From an uncultured Bacteroidales bacterium (GTDB lineage Bacteria > Bacteroidota > Bacteroidia > Bacteroidales > WCHB1-69), in assembly GCA_900319925.1 (NCBI GenBank), contig ONQE01000009.1, forward strand, positions 1,807-65,806: DNA of 64,000 bases, written 5' to 3'. Below the pieces are notes generated by a model. It saw nothing but the letters and a program-made list of their open reading frames with translations, was not told the DNA's origin and did no database searches. Of this stretch, positions 53,170 through 62,889 are shown piece after piece (positions within the stretch are counted from its first letter, which is position 1; each line of letters begins with the position of its first letter). The translations under genes were made by a program, and so were the position numbers.

Positions 53170-55298
53170 TCGCCTTTGGTGTTCTGGTTATGGAAGCGCA
53201 ACAGCTTGTTGTACAGGTGTCTGCGTTCCGGTCCAATGACATTGTGGTCATGGACGGTGTAGACGAAATACTCAAGTTCAATGTCATCGCTGACGGCCTG
53301 GCGGAGCAGCTCCAGCGTATGCTGTTGCACCACCGTGTGGTCCTGTGCGCCGTGCATCACGAGCAGCGGACACTTCACATTCTTGATTTTCGGGATGATG
53401 TTGGCGTTGGCGTAGCCTGACGGGTTCTCTTGCGGGGTGTCCATATAACGTTCGCCGTACATCACCTCGTACCACTCCCAGTTGACCACGGGACCGCCGC
53501 AGGAGGCTGCCTTGAAGGTCTCGGGGTGCGACGTGATCAACGACAGCACCATGAAGCCACCGTAGCTCCATCCGTCCAAGCCGATGCGGTCGGCATCCAC
53601 GTAGGGCAGGGATTTCAGGTACTCTACGCCGCACATTTGGTCTTCGACCTCGCGAACGCCGAGATTGCGGTGGATGCACTTCTCAAATTCCGCGCCACGA
53701 TTGTCTGTACCGCGGTTATCCAACGTGAAGACGATGTAGCCCTGCTGCGCCATGAACTCAAGGAAGAGGCCACCAGAAAGGTACTGGTTGGTCACCAATT
53801 GTGAGTGCGGACCGCCGTAAACGTACATAAACACAGGGTATTTTTTGCTTTTGTCCATGTTCGGAGGCGTAATCATGCGGCACCAAAGGGAGTCGCCCTC
53901 TTTGTTCACAATGGGGAAGATTTTCGTGTCACCCAATTTCATCACACCAAACGGACTTTTCGCGGTAAGTAACGTCTTGAGTGTCTTACCTTTATTATCT
54001 ACCAGCGAAATGATGCGAGGCGTGGTCGGGTTGCTGAAATAGTCGATGAAATAGTTCTTTGATTCGCTGAAGACGGGGCGATGAACACCATCCGCGTGGG
54101 CCAGACAAGTAAGCGTGTTTTTGCCGATGCCCGTGTTGAGATTTACTTTACAAACGTATTGATTCACAGGTTTTTCCAAAGACGCCGTAAAATAGATATT
54201 TTTCTCGTCTTTGTCCATGCCGTAGTACTCGATAATGTCAAAATTACCATCCACCACCTTCTTAAAAAATTTCATATCAGCGCTGTACCAATAAAGATGG
54301 TTCCAGCCGTCGCGGTCGCTGAACCAGAGGAAATCGCCGTTTTTCATGAATATCATGCGCTGAGTCGGTTCCACGTAACGGTTATCACGCTCTTCAATGA
54401 GGGTGGACAGTTTCTTACCGGTTTGCAGATCGTATCGAATCAGTTTGGCGTGGTTCTGCTCGCGGTTGAGGTGCGTGATGAAGATGTATTTCTCGTCAGG
54501 TGAGAAGGTGACGTTGGTCAGGAACTCGCCGTCGGCCTTGTCGGTTTGGATATAGTGGTAAACAGGGGCGCCCTTTTCTGCGGATTTGGCTACGTCGAAG
54601 ATGCCGAGGGTTACCACGTGGGAGGTGCGGCCCGCCATCGGGTACTTGATGTTCTCGACCGTCGCGATGGGCGTGCCGGTGTTCACGAGCGGGTAATCCT
54701 CCACCATGCTCTCGTCCATGCGGTAGAAGGCGATGTAGTTGCCGTTCGGGGAGATGTACTGTCCCTCGTTGATGCCCCACTCGCTGCGGTGCACCGATTC
54801 GCCGAACACGATGTGCTCACCCGTGTCGGGACAGAGCAGCACGGGTTTGAAGCCATTCAACGCACTCTCCACGAATACGCCTTTGTCGTTCTTGATGACA
54901 AACACCTGATGCTTGATGTCTTGGTCGATGACATCGTCCCAATCGACTTTGTCGAATGCTGTTGTGGTGATTTTGCCTTTCAGAATGTTTACGGTTTTGT
55001 TGTCGCGCGGGAAGTAGAGGGTGTTGGCATCGAGCCATTCGTAGCCGTAAGGACTGGAAATCTCGTGCGCTTTCTGCGATGCGGCAGCGAAGAAGACAGT
55101 CTCTTTGCCGCTTTTGGCGTTCACCAACACGATGTTCTGGTCGTCGTCGATGTACGAATATTGGTCTGCGCCAGGTTGCCAAGCGATGCCACGGATGTTG
55201 TCGATGACATAGCGTTTGGTGAAATCAATGGTCTGGCCGAAGAGAGGGGCCAGGAGCATCGTGCAGAGGATGCTCAACAATAGGATGATTCTTTTCAT
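53166..55298 (-). CDS. S9B family dipeptidyl-peptidase IV
   Basis: N-terminal beta-propeller region and a C-terminal alpha/beta hydrolase with GWSYGGFM (nucleophile Ser), plus Asp/His regions (MHGAQDHTV, VHDHNV). Confidence 0.85.
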   Translation of the reverse strand: MKRIILLLSILCTMLLAPLFGQTIDFTKRYVIDNIRGIAWQPGADQYSYIDDDQNIVLVNAKSGKETVFFAAASQKAHEISSPYGYEWLDANTLYFPRDNKTVNILKGKITTTAFDKVDWDDVIDQDIKHQVFVIKNDKGVFVESALNGFKPVLLCPDTGEHIVFGESVHRSEWGINEGQYISPNGNYIAFYRMDESMVEDYPLVNTGTPIATVENIKYPMAGRTSHVVTLGIFDVAKSAEKGAPVYHYIQTDKADGEFLTNVTFSPDEKYIFITHLNREQNHAKLIRYDLQTGKKLSTLIEERDNRYVEPTQRMIFMKNGDFLWFSDRDGWNHLYWYSADMKFFKKVVDGNFDIIEYYGMDKDEKNIYFTASLEKPVNQYVCKVNLNTGIGKNTLTCLAHADGVHRPVFSESKNYFIDYFSNPTTPRIISLVDNKGKTLKTLLTAKSPFGVMKLGDTKIFPIVNKEGDSLWCRMITPPNMDKSKKYPVFMYVYGGPHSQLVTNQYLSGGLFLEFMAQQGYIVFTLDNRGTDNRGAEFEKCIHRNLGVREVEDQMCGVEYLKSLPYVDADRIGLDGWSYGGFMVLSLITSHPETFKAASCGGPVVNWEWYEVMYGERYMDTPQENPSGYANANIIPKIKNVKCPLLVMHGAQDHTVVQQHTLELLRQAVSDDIELEYFVYTVHDHNVIGPERRHLYNKLLRFHNQNTKGE

Positions 55299-55333
55299 AT
55301 TAGGGCTTATTATATCTCCGAAAAAGGATGTCT

Positions 55334-55341
55334 CAAATATA
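55334..55341 (-). promoter_or_regulatory. -7 box TAtaTTTG upstream of the DPP4 gene
   Basis: The plus strand reads caaatata, 36 nt upstream of the ATG at 55298. Confidence 0.45.
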
Positions 55342-55385
55342 CAAAAAGGGGTTTCTTTATGAAGAAGGATTTGACTGTCAGTTTG

Positions 55386-57998
55386 TTATTGCAGTTTTTC
55401 TTTTGCCATCCGGACTGCTTCGGCGACTGCTGCTGCGACTCCGTCGGGGTTCTTGCCGCCTGCCATGGCGAGTGTCGGATGTCCGCCGCCGCCGCCCTGG
55501 ATCAGTTTGCCGGCCGCGCGCACCAATGTCGGGGCATCGACTTTGTCCGTCAGATTCGAGCTGATGGCAACGGCCAGGTTCGGTTTGCCGTCGCGCACGC
55601 TGCCTAACACCACCACGTGATTGTCGCCTTCGCGCAGCTGCAGAGCGACCTGCTTCAGCATATCGGCGGAGAAGTCCGTGACGTGCGACATAAACAGCAC
55701 CCCGTTGATGTCTTCGGCGTTTTCCATCAAGGACTTGCCGAACTCCAAAGCCATCTGCCGGTCGATGTCTTCCATCTTCTTGCGAAGCGCCTGGCTCTCT
55801 TCCTGGAGCTTTTGGACGGCCTGCGTCAAGTTGGGGGCGTTCAGCATCGCTTTCAGCTGTGCGATGGCATCTTGGTCCTCGTAAACGAGGTCTTCTGCGG
55901 CCTCGCCGGTCACGGCTTCTATACGGCGCACGCCGGCTGCCACCGCGCCCTCGGACACGATTTTGAAGAGCCCGATATTGCCTGTTGCGGAGGTGTGTGT
56001 GCCGCCGCAGAGCTCCACGGCGTCACCGAATTGGATGACACGCACGGTTGCGCCGTACTTTTCGCCGAACAGGGCGATGGCACCGCGTGCACGGGCCTCC
56101 TCAATCGGCACATCAATGAACTCCTGCAATGGCAGGTTTTTGCGTATCAGCGAGTTGACCATCCGTTCGACTTGCCGCAGCTCTTCGTCGGTCACTTTGG
56201 CGAAGTGCGAGAAGTCGAAGCGCAGACGGTCGGAAGCCACCATGGAACCTTTCTGTTCCACGTGGGTGCCCAGGACCGTACGCAACGCATGGTCGAGCAG
56301 GTGCGTGGCAGAGTGGTTGTTGGCGGTCTTCTGCCGTTTCACGGTATCGATGCGGGCCGTGAAATCCGTCGTCACATCGCTTGGGATCTTGTTGGCGTGA
56401 TGAATCACGAGGTTGTTCTCTTTGGTGGTGTTGTAGATGTCCACCGTCTCCGTGCCGTTGGTCAGCACGCCGGTGTCGCCCACCTGTCCGCCGGACTCCG
56501 CATAGAAGGGGGTCTTGTCGAGCACGATTTGGAAGTAGGTTTTGTTTTTGGCCGTCACCTGCCGGTATTTCACGATTTTGCAGGTGCATTCGGATTCTTT
56601 GTAACCCACGAACTCGGTGGGGCTCTCTTGCGGGATCAGTTCCATCCAGTCGCCTGCCGAAATGGCCGTGGCGGCGCGGGAACGGGCTTTCTGCTGACGT
56701 AAGCCCTCGGCGAAACCGTCCATATCCACGGTCAGATTCTTCTCCGAGGCCATCAGGCAGGTCAGGTCGATGGGGAATCCGTAGGTGTCGAACAGCTCGA
56801 AGGCGAAGTCGCCGTCGATGACGGTCTTGCCGTCCATCTTCTTGACATAGTTCTCGAATTTGAGGATGCCGGAGTCGAGGGTCTTGAGGAAAGAGGTCTC
56901 CTCCTCGCGGATGACGTTTTCGATGAGTTGCTGTTGCGCTTTGATTTCTGGGAATTGGTGCCCCATTTGGGCCACGAGGTCGCTGACGAGCGCGTGCATG
57001 AAGGGTTCCTTGAAGTTGAGGAAGGTGAAGCCGTAGCGGATGGCGCGGCGCAGGATGCGGCGGATAACGTAGCCGGCTCCCGTGTTGGAGGGCAGCTGTC
57101 CGTCGGCGATGGCGAAGGTGACGGCGCGCAGGTGGTCGGCCACCACACGCAACGCCACATCCACATCGTGTTTCTCACCATAGCGGACATTCGCATTCGC
57201 GGCTATTTTTTGGATAATCGGCTGGAAGACATCCGTGTCATAGTTGGATTTCTTGTTCTGCACAGCCATGCAGAGGCGTTCGAAGCCCATGCCCGTATCG
57301 ACGTGCTTGGCCGCCAACGGGTGCAGCTCGCCGGAGACCACGCGGTTGAACTGCATGAACACGAGGTTCCAGATTTCGATGACGAGCGGGTTGTCCTTGT
57401 TCACCAACTCGGCGCCGGGAATTTTGGAACGTTCCTCGTCGTCGCGCAGGTCGATGTGGATTTCCGAGCAAGGGCCGCACGGACCGGTGTCGCCCATCTC
57501 CCAGAAGTTGTCCTTCTTGTTGCCCTTCAGGATGCGGTCTTCCGGCAGAAAATCCTTCCAGAAGTCGTATGCTTCTTGGTCGAAAGCTGTGCCGTCTTTC
57601 TCGTCGCCGGCGAAGACGGTGGCGTAAAGGCGCGACTTGTCGAGCTTCATCACCTCGGTGAGGAACTCCCAGGCGTAGGCGATGGCCTCTTTCTTGAAAT
57701 AGTCGCCGAACGACCAGTTGCCGAGCATCTCGAACATAGTGTGGTGGTAAGTGTCGCGGCCGACCTCTTCCAGGTCGTTGTGCTTGCCGGAAACACGGAG
57801 GCACTTCTGCGAGTCGGCTACACGCGGAAATTCGCGGGGCGTGTTCCCGAGGAAGATGTCCTTGAATTGGTTCATACCGGCATTGGTGAACATCAATGTC
57901 GGGTCATTTTTCACCACCATCGGCGCGGACGGCACGATGTGGTGGCCTTTGGACTTGAAAAAGTCCAGAAAAGCGGAGCGTATTTCGTTAGATGTCAT
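55386..57998 (-). CDS. alaS: Alanine-tRNA ligase
   Basis: Contains FTNAGMNQFK, the class II core, the editing-domain HSATHLL motif and a C-terminal DHHA1-like region. 870 aa. Confidence 0.97.
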   Translation of the reverse strand: MTSNEIRSAFLDFFKSKGHHIVPSAPMVVKNDPTLMFTNAGMNQFKDIFLGNTPREFPRVADSQKCLRVSGKHNDLEEVGRDTYHHTMFEMLGNWSFGDYFKKEAIAYAWEFLTEVMKLDKSRLYATVFAGDEKDGTAFDQEAYDFWKDFLPEDRILKGNKKDNFWEMGDTGPCGPCSEIHIDLRDDEERSKIPGAELVNKDNPLVIEIWNLVFMQFNRVVSGELHPLAAKHVDTGMGFERLCMAVQNKKSNYDTDVFQPIIQKIAANANVRYGEKHDVDVALRVVADHLRAVTFAIADGQLPSNTGAGYVIRRILRRAIRYGFTFLNFKEPFMHALVSDLVAQMGHQFPEIKAQQQLIENVIREEETSFLKTLDSGILKFENYVKKMDGKTVIDGDFAFELFDTYGFPIDLTCLMASEKNLTVDMDGFAEGLRQQKARSRAATAISAGDWMELIPQESPTEFVGYKESECTCKIVKYRQVTAKNKTYFQIVLDKTPFYAESGGQVGDTGVLTNGTETVDIYNTTKENNLVIHHANKIPSDVTTDFTARIDTVKRQKTANNHSATHLLDHALRTVLGTHVEQKGSMVASDRLRFDFSHFAKVTDEELRQVERMVNSLIRKNLPLQEFIDVPIEEARARGAIALFGEKYGATVRVIQFGDAVELCGGTHTSATGNIGLFKIVSEGAVAAGVRRIEAVTGEAAEDLVYEDQDAIAQLKAMLNAPNLTQAVQKLQEESQALRKKMEDIDRQMALEFGKSLMENAEDINGVLFMSHVTDFSADMLKQVALQLREGDNHVVVLGSVRDGKPNLAVAISSNLTDKVDAPTLVRAAGKLIQGGGGGHPTLAMAGGKNPDGVAAAVAEAVRMAKEKLQ

Positions 57999-58019
57999 AT
58001 TCTTGAAAAATTAAAGCTG

Positions 58020-58027
58020 CAAAAGTA
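58020..58027 (-). promoter_or_regulatory. -7 box TActTTTG upstream of alaS
   Basis: The plus strand reads caaaagta, 22 nt upstream of the ATG at 57998. Confidence 0.55.
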
Positions 58028-58062
58028 CAATTTTTTCCTCTAAAATGATTTTGAAAAAATCA

Positions 58063-58070
58063 TATCTTTG
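58063..58070 (+). promoter_or_regulatory. -7 box TAtcTTTG upstream of the helicase gene
   Basis: Lies 69 nt upstream of the ATG at 58139. Confidence 0.45.
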
Positions 58071-58138
58071 CCCCGACATACATTCGTGGATGTCATCAAC
58101 TTGAAAAGAAGTATCATTTATCACCAAAACCTATAACC

Positions 58139-60610
58139 ATGACGAATCAAATCTTTGTCAATCAAAAACTTGAATTTGTAGAGGAAATCATCCTCCATAC
58201 TGATGCGCACGTGTTCCTGACCGGGAAGGCGGGTACGGGAAAAACCACATTCCTGCGGAGCCTGCCCATGAAGACCGCCAAGCGGATGGTGGTGGTGGCG
58301 CCTACGGGCGTGGCGGCCATCAACGCCGGCGGGCAGACCATCCACTCGTTTTTCCAGCTGCCGTTTGGACCGCAGATTCCTGAAGATGCCCGGCAGACCG
58401 TAGAGAAAGCTGACCCCCGGTCGCAAGCATTGTCTATGCAGTTCCACAAAATCCGGAAACCGAAACTCGACCTCATGCGCGCCCTCGATCTGCTCATCAT
58501 CGATGAAATCAGCATGGTACGTGCAGATGTGTTGGATGCAGTGGATGCCGTGCTACGGCGCGCCCGCCGGTCCTCAAGACCTTTCGGCGGCGTCCAGTTG
58601 CTCATGATCGGCGACGTGCACCAGCTCGCCCCCGTGGCCAAGCCCGAAGAGTGGGAACTGCTTGCCCCCTACTATGATACCACCTATTTCTTCGGTAGCC
58701 ACGTGCTCCGGCAGACCCCCTATCTCTGTGTGGAACTCGACCACATCTACAGACAGCACGACAACGAATTTGTCGATCTTCTCAACAAATTGAGACATAA
58801 TGAGATGGATGCAAAATGCCTGCAACTGTTGAACGCCCGCTACCGCCCAAACTTCACGCCTAAAGATGAGGAAGGTTACATCACCCTTACCACGCATAAC
58901 TATCAGGCCGACAACATCAATCGCCAGAAACTGAATGCACTTCCGGGCGAGCCTTTGATCTTTACAGCCGATGTCGAGGGCATATTCCCAGAGAGCATGT
59001 ATCCCACTCAAGAAACGTTGGAGCTGAAAATCGGGGCTCAGGTTATGTTCATCAAAAACGACCCTAACCCCGAGAAGGCCTATTACAACGGTAAGATCGG
59101 TCGGATGACGGGCTATGACAAAACGACTGGTACGATATCGGTACAATGTGGGGATGAATGCATCTCGGTCTCCAAAATTGATTGGAAAAACACTGATTTC
59201 GCACTGAATGAGGAGACTCAGGAAGTGGAGGAGATGGAAATCGGCTGTTTCACACAGATCCCCCTGCGACTTGCATGGGCCGTGACCATCCACAAGAGCC
59301 AGGGTCTTACATTTGATCGGTTGATTGTGGATGCCGGGCAGGCTTTCGCCCACGGGCAGGTCTATGTCGCCCTCAGCCGCTGCACCTCCCTTGAAGGTCT
59401 GGTGCTGAAGACGTGCTTGAGTCCGCAGGTGCTGGTCAGCGACTATAAGGTGGACAATTTCGTGGAGAAGATGCCCGAGCGGGAACCTTCGCGGGAAAAA
59501 GTGGATCAACTGCGGGAAGACTATGAGCTGGAAAATCTGTTAGAACTTATTGATTTCCAAAAGATTTACCGTGGCATAGGAAAGTTGGCCGGCCTTGTGG
59601 TCGCCAATAAGAGGCAGTATGAGCCTTCCATGATTCAGGACTTGACGGGAAGGATGGAACGTGTGGAGCAGGAGTTACTTCAGGTAGGCAAGAAGTTCAC
59701 GCGTCAGCTGCAGAACCAACGACAAGAGAACCCTGTCAAGGAGAGCAATCAACCGTTGCAGGAGCGTCTGAAACACGCCGCCACCTATTTCCGGGAACAT
59801 CTTGACACTGTTGTCGACGGACTCTTCGAGCTCCCGTTCAAGACCGACAACAAAGTGCTGAACGGGCAGATTTCGGAGACCCTGATAGCATTATATGCGG
59901 ATGTGTCCATCAAACGGAGCTGTTTGGAGGCTTGCGAGGAGGGTTTCAGCGCAGTGTCGTACCTGCGGGCCAAGTCCGCGGCCACCACGAAGGCGGAAAA
60001 GAAGGAGAACCGTCCGCCCGCCCTCAGGGATGCCACCATGGACAAAAGTTCGTTGTATGAGGCACTGAGAAGCTGGCGTGATGAGAAGGCAGAAGACGAA
60101 GATACGTTGACGTACAGTATCATGCCGAACAAGGTTCTCAAGAATATCGTCAGCATCAAGCCTGTCACGCTGAAGGAGCTGAAAGCCGTTGACGGGATGG
60201 GACCGAAACGTGTTGCTCAGTACGGTGAGGAGATTGTCGCCATCGTGAGGCAGTTCAGCGATCGTAGACCTGACGAAAACGGGGAATGGGAAGAACAGAA
60301 GGTGAAACGGGCAGCTGGGAGCACCTTCCTGACCACTAAGAAGATGCTCAACGACGGAATGTCTGCGGAAGAGATTGCCAAACAGCGGGGTATGGCCGTG
60401 TCCACCATTTTAGGGCATATTGCCCGTATGGTAGGGGAGGGCGATTTCGACGCCGACCGTTTCGTTGACAAGAAGAAATGCGCCGCCATCCGCGACTACT
60501 TCGAGTCTGTGGAGGATCACTCGTTGGGGCATGCACGCGAAGTTTTAGGTGATGAATACGAATTCTGGGAGCTCCGCACCGTGTTGGCGGAAATCCAGAG
60601 GAACAACTAA
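58139..60610 (+). CDS. PIF1/RecD-like SF1 DNA helicase with C-terminal HRDC and helix-turn-helix domains
   Basis: Walker A motif GKAGTGKTT, LIIDEISMV, a late helicase motif VTIHKSQGLTF....VALSR, an HRDC-like segment (LYEALRSWR...LKNIV...L..V.GMGPKRV), and a C-terminal HTH-like segment. Confidence 0.8.
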   Translation: MTNQIFVNQKLEFVEEIILHTDAHVFLTGKAGTGKTTFLRSLPMKTAKRMVVVAPTGVAAINAGGQTIHSFFQLPFGPQIPEDARQTVEKADPRSQALSMQFHKIRKPKLDLMRALDLLIIDEISMVRADVLDAVDAVLRRARRSSRPFGGVQLLMIGDVHQLAPVAKPEEWELLAPYYDTTYFFGSHVLRQTPYLCVELDHIYRQHDNEFVDLLNKLRHNEMDAKCLQLLNARYRPNFTPKDEEGYITLTTHNYQADNINRQKLNALPGEPLIFTADVEGIFPESMYPTQETLELKIGAQVMFIKNDPNPEKAYYNGKIGRMTGYDKTTGTISVQCGDECISVSKIDWKNTDFALNEETQEVEEMEIGCFTQIPLRLAWAVTIHKSQGLTFDRLIVDAGQAFAHGQVYVALSRCTSLEGLVLKTCLSPQVLVSDYKVDNFVEKMPEREPSREKVDQLREDYELENLLELIDFQKIYRGIGKLAGLVVANKRQYEPSMIQDLTGRMERVEQELLQVGKKFTRQLQNQRQENPVKESNQPLQERLKHAATYFREHLDTVVDGLFELPFKTDNKVLNGQISETLIALYADVSIKRSCLEACEEGFSAVSYLRAKSAATTKAEKKENRPPALRDATMDKSSLYEALRSWRDEKAEDEDTLTYSIMPNKVLKNIVSIKPVTLKELKAVDGMGPKRVAQYGEEIVAIVRQFSDRRPDENGEWEEQKVKRAAGSTFLTTKKMLNDGMSAEEIAKQRGMAVSTILGHIARMVGEGDFDADRFVDKKKCAAIRDYFESVEDHSLGHAREVLGDEYEFWELRTVLAEIQRNN

Positions 60611-60698
60611 ACACGCTGCAGTTTCTGCGAGCTGTCCCAGATTATGAGGGTAGGGGCTGCAAGAATCTGTTGCGAGCTTAGTAGTGGAGTCAATACGT

Positions 60699-61355
60699 CT
60701 ATTCTTTGATGCCGTACGCGAGGTCTCCGGCGTCGCCGAGGCCCGGCACGATATAGGACTGTGCCGTCAACTCCTCGTCGATGGCACCCACCCAGAAGGT
60801 GCAGCTGTCATCGGGAAGCTTGCTCATCACGTAGTCAAGACCTTGGCGGCTCGCGATGACACTCACGATGTGGGTGTGCAAGGGGTCGCCTTTGGCTAAC
60901 AGTTCCTCGTAGGTGAGGGCGAGGGATTGTCCGGTGGCCAGCATCGGGTCGCACAGAATCAGCGTCTTGCCGTCCAATTCGGGCGAGGATAGGTAGTCGA
61001 TCTGAATTTCGAAGGTGCCGTCGCGTTCATACTTGCGAAACGCGGAGACGAAGGCGTTCTCCGCGTGATCGAAGTAGTTGAGCATGCCTTGGTGCAGCGG
61101 CAATCCGGCACGCAGAATGGTCGCTAACACCGGTTTCTCCTGCAGTCGGGAGATGTTGGCGATGCCCAGGGGGGTGGTCACCTCTTGATCGGCGTATGTC
61201 ATATTCTTGCTGATCTCGTAAGCGAAAATCTCACCGATACGCTCCAGATTCCGGCGGAAACGCATGCTGTCCACCTGCACATCGGCGCTGCGCACCTCGG
61301 CGATGAACTCGTTGAAGAGGGAATTTTGGGCTCCTAGAATGTGTAAGTTGTTCAT
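60699..61355 (-). CDS. upp: Uracil phosphoribosyltransferase
   Basis: PRPP-binding loop LILCDPMLATG and C-terminal YIVPGLGDAGD. Confidence 0.95.
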   Translation of the reverse strand: MNNLHILGAQNSLFNEFIAEVRSADVQVDSMRFRRNLERIGEIFAYEISKNMTYADQEVTTPLGIANISRLQEKPVLATILRAGLPLHQGMLNYFDHAENAFVSAFRKYERDGTFEIQIDYLSSPELDGKTLILCDPMLATGQSLALTYEELLAKGDPLHTHIVSVIASRQGLDYVMSKLPDDSCTFWVGAIDEELTAQSYIVPGLGDAGDLAYGIKE

Positions 61356-61386
61356 AATGTATCTTTTTAATGGTGGTTGTTTATTT

Positions 61387-61466
61387 AGTTAGAAGTTAGT
61401 AGTTAGCAGTTAGTAGTTCACGGTTGAGCGGTAACTGCTAACTACTAACTGCTAACTGCTAACTTC
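61387..61466. repeat. Inverted pair of heptamer arrays (AGTTAGN x4-5 | 13-nt centre | TAACTRC x5) forming a hairpin between purB and upp
   Basis: The arms can pair over 18 or more bp in shifted registers. The purB stop (TAG, 61459-61461) lies in the right arm. There is no clear U-tract after the hairpin. Confidence 0.85.
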
Positions 61467-62754
61467 CAAAGACCCTTTCGAAGATGGCGGGCACCTGCTT
61501 CAGATAGTATTCCAACGTGAAGCACTGGTCGAGTTCTTCGGGGGTGAAGTGGCTCATGACGGTCTCGTTTTGGGAGAGGAGCTCCTTGTAGTCCTGTCCT
61601 TCGAACCAGGCCTTCATAGCGATAGGCTGCACGAGGTCGTAGGCGCTTTCGCGGGAGAAGCCCTTGTTGATGAGGGCGGTCATGACGCGCTGCGCGAAGA
61701 TGACCTTGTGGGTTAAGTAGATGTTTTTCAGCATGTTCTCTGGAAAAACGACGAGGTTTTCGAGGATGTTGCCGAAGCGGTTGAGCATATAGTCGAGCAG
61801 GATGGTGGCGTCGGGGAGCATGATGCGCTCGGCGGAGGAGTGGGAGATGTCGCGCTCGTGCCAGAGCGGGATGTTCTCGTAGGCGCTGACCATATAGCCG
61901 CGGAGGATTCTCGCGCAGCCGCACATATTCTCGCTGCCGATGGGGTTGCGCTTGTGGGGCATCGCGGAGGAGCCTTTCTGCCCTTTGCCGAAGGCCTCCT
62001 CGGCCTCGCGGAGCTCCGTGCGTTGCCAATGGCGCACCTCGATGGCCATCTGCTCCATGGTGGAGGCGATGAGCGCGAGGGTGCCCATGTAGTGGGCGTG
62101 GCGGTCGCGCTGCAGCACCTGCGTGGAGATGCGGGCGGAGTGGATGCCGAGCTGCTCGCAGACATAGTCCTGCACGAACGGCGGGGTGTTGGCGAAGTTG
62201 CCCACGGCACCGCTGATCTTGCCGCACTCCACATCGGCGGCGGCCATCTCGAAACGCTCGATGTTGCGGCGCATCTCCTCGAACCACAGCGCCCATTTCA
62301 GACCGAGGGCGGTGATGTCGGCGTGCACGCCGTGCGTGCGCCCGATGCAAGGCGTGTCCTTGAACTCGTAAGCGCGTTTCTTGAGAATCTCGATGAATCG
62401 CTGGAGATCCTTGCGGAGGATATTGTTGGCCTGCTTGAGGAGGTAGCCGTTGGCGGTATCCACCACATCGGTGGAGGTGAGCCCGTAGTGCACCCACTTT
62501 TTCTCGTCGCCGAGGCTCTCGCTCACGGCACGGGTGAAGGCCACGATGTCGTGGCGGGTTTCCTTCTCGATTTCGTATATGCGCTGCACGTCGAAGGTGG
62601 CCTTCGTGCGCAGTTTCTCAACGTCTTCAGCCGGAATCACGCCGAGTTGGCTCCACGCGGCGGCGGCTTCGATTTCCACTTTCAAATAGGCGCCGAATTT
62701 GTTTTCCTCAGTCCAGACGGCGCTCATCTCCGGACGCGAATAACGGGGTATCAT
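61459..62754 (-). CDS. purB: Adenylosuccinate lyase
   Basis: Contains [11 protein letters not shown] and the signature [12 protein letters not shown] chose the start at 62754, downstream of the -7 box. Confidence 0.95.
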   Translation of the reverse strand: MIPRYSRPEMSAVWTEENKFGAYLKVEIEAAAAWSQLGVIPAEDVEKLRTKATFDVQRIYEIEKETRHDIVAFTRAVSESLGDEKKWVHYGLTSTDVVDTANGYLLKQANNILRKDLQRFIEILKKRAYEFKDTPCIGRTHGVHADITALGLKWALWFEEMRRNIERFEMAAADVECGKISGAVGNFANTPPFVQDYVCEQLGIHSARISTQVLQRDRHAHYMGTLALIASTMEQMAIEVRHWQRTELREAEEAFGKGQKGSSAMPHKRNPIGSENMCGCARILRGYMVSAYENIPLWHERDISHSSAERIMLPDATILLDYMLNRFGNILENLVVFPENMLKNIYLTHKVIFAQRVMTALINKGFSRESAYDLVQPIAMKAWFEGQDYKELLSQNETVMSHFTPEELDQCFTLEYYLKQVPAIFERVFGS

Positions 62755-62775
62755 AATCGTTAAAAATTTTCGCGG

Positions 62776-62783
62776 CAAAGATA
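62776..62783 (-). promoter_or_regulatory. -7 box TAtcTTTG upstream of purB
   Basis: The plus strand reads caaagata, 22 nt upstream of the ATG at 62754. Confidence 0.6.
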
Positions 62784-62786
62784 CGA

Positions 62787-62814
62787 AATAATGTAGAATG
62801 TAGAATGTGGAATG
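62787..62814. repeat. Heptamer array AATAATG/TAGAATG/TAGAATG/TGGAATG x4
   Basis: Lies directly upstream of the purB -7 box. Confidence 0.75.
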
Positions 62815-62889
62815 ATTCCAAAAGGAATGAAATCCCGACATGTGTAAGCAAGGGTGAACGCAGTGAGCCTTGGAACGGGGGACGGCGGA

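Noticed and set aside
58045-58063. The 8-bp/3-nt-loop palindrome ATGATTTT-GAA-AAAATCAT between the divergent alaS and helicase promoters, considered as a possible operator.
   Set aside because: It is short, AT-rich and a single occurrence, which is easily expected by chance in an AT-rich promoter region.
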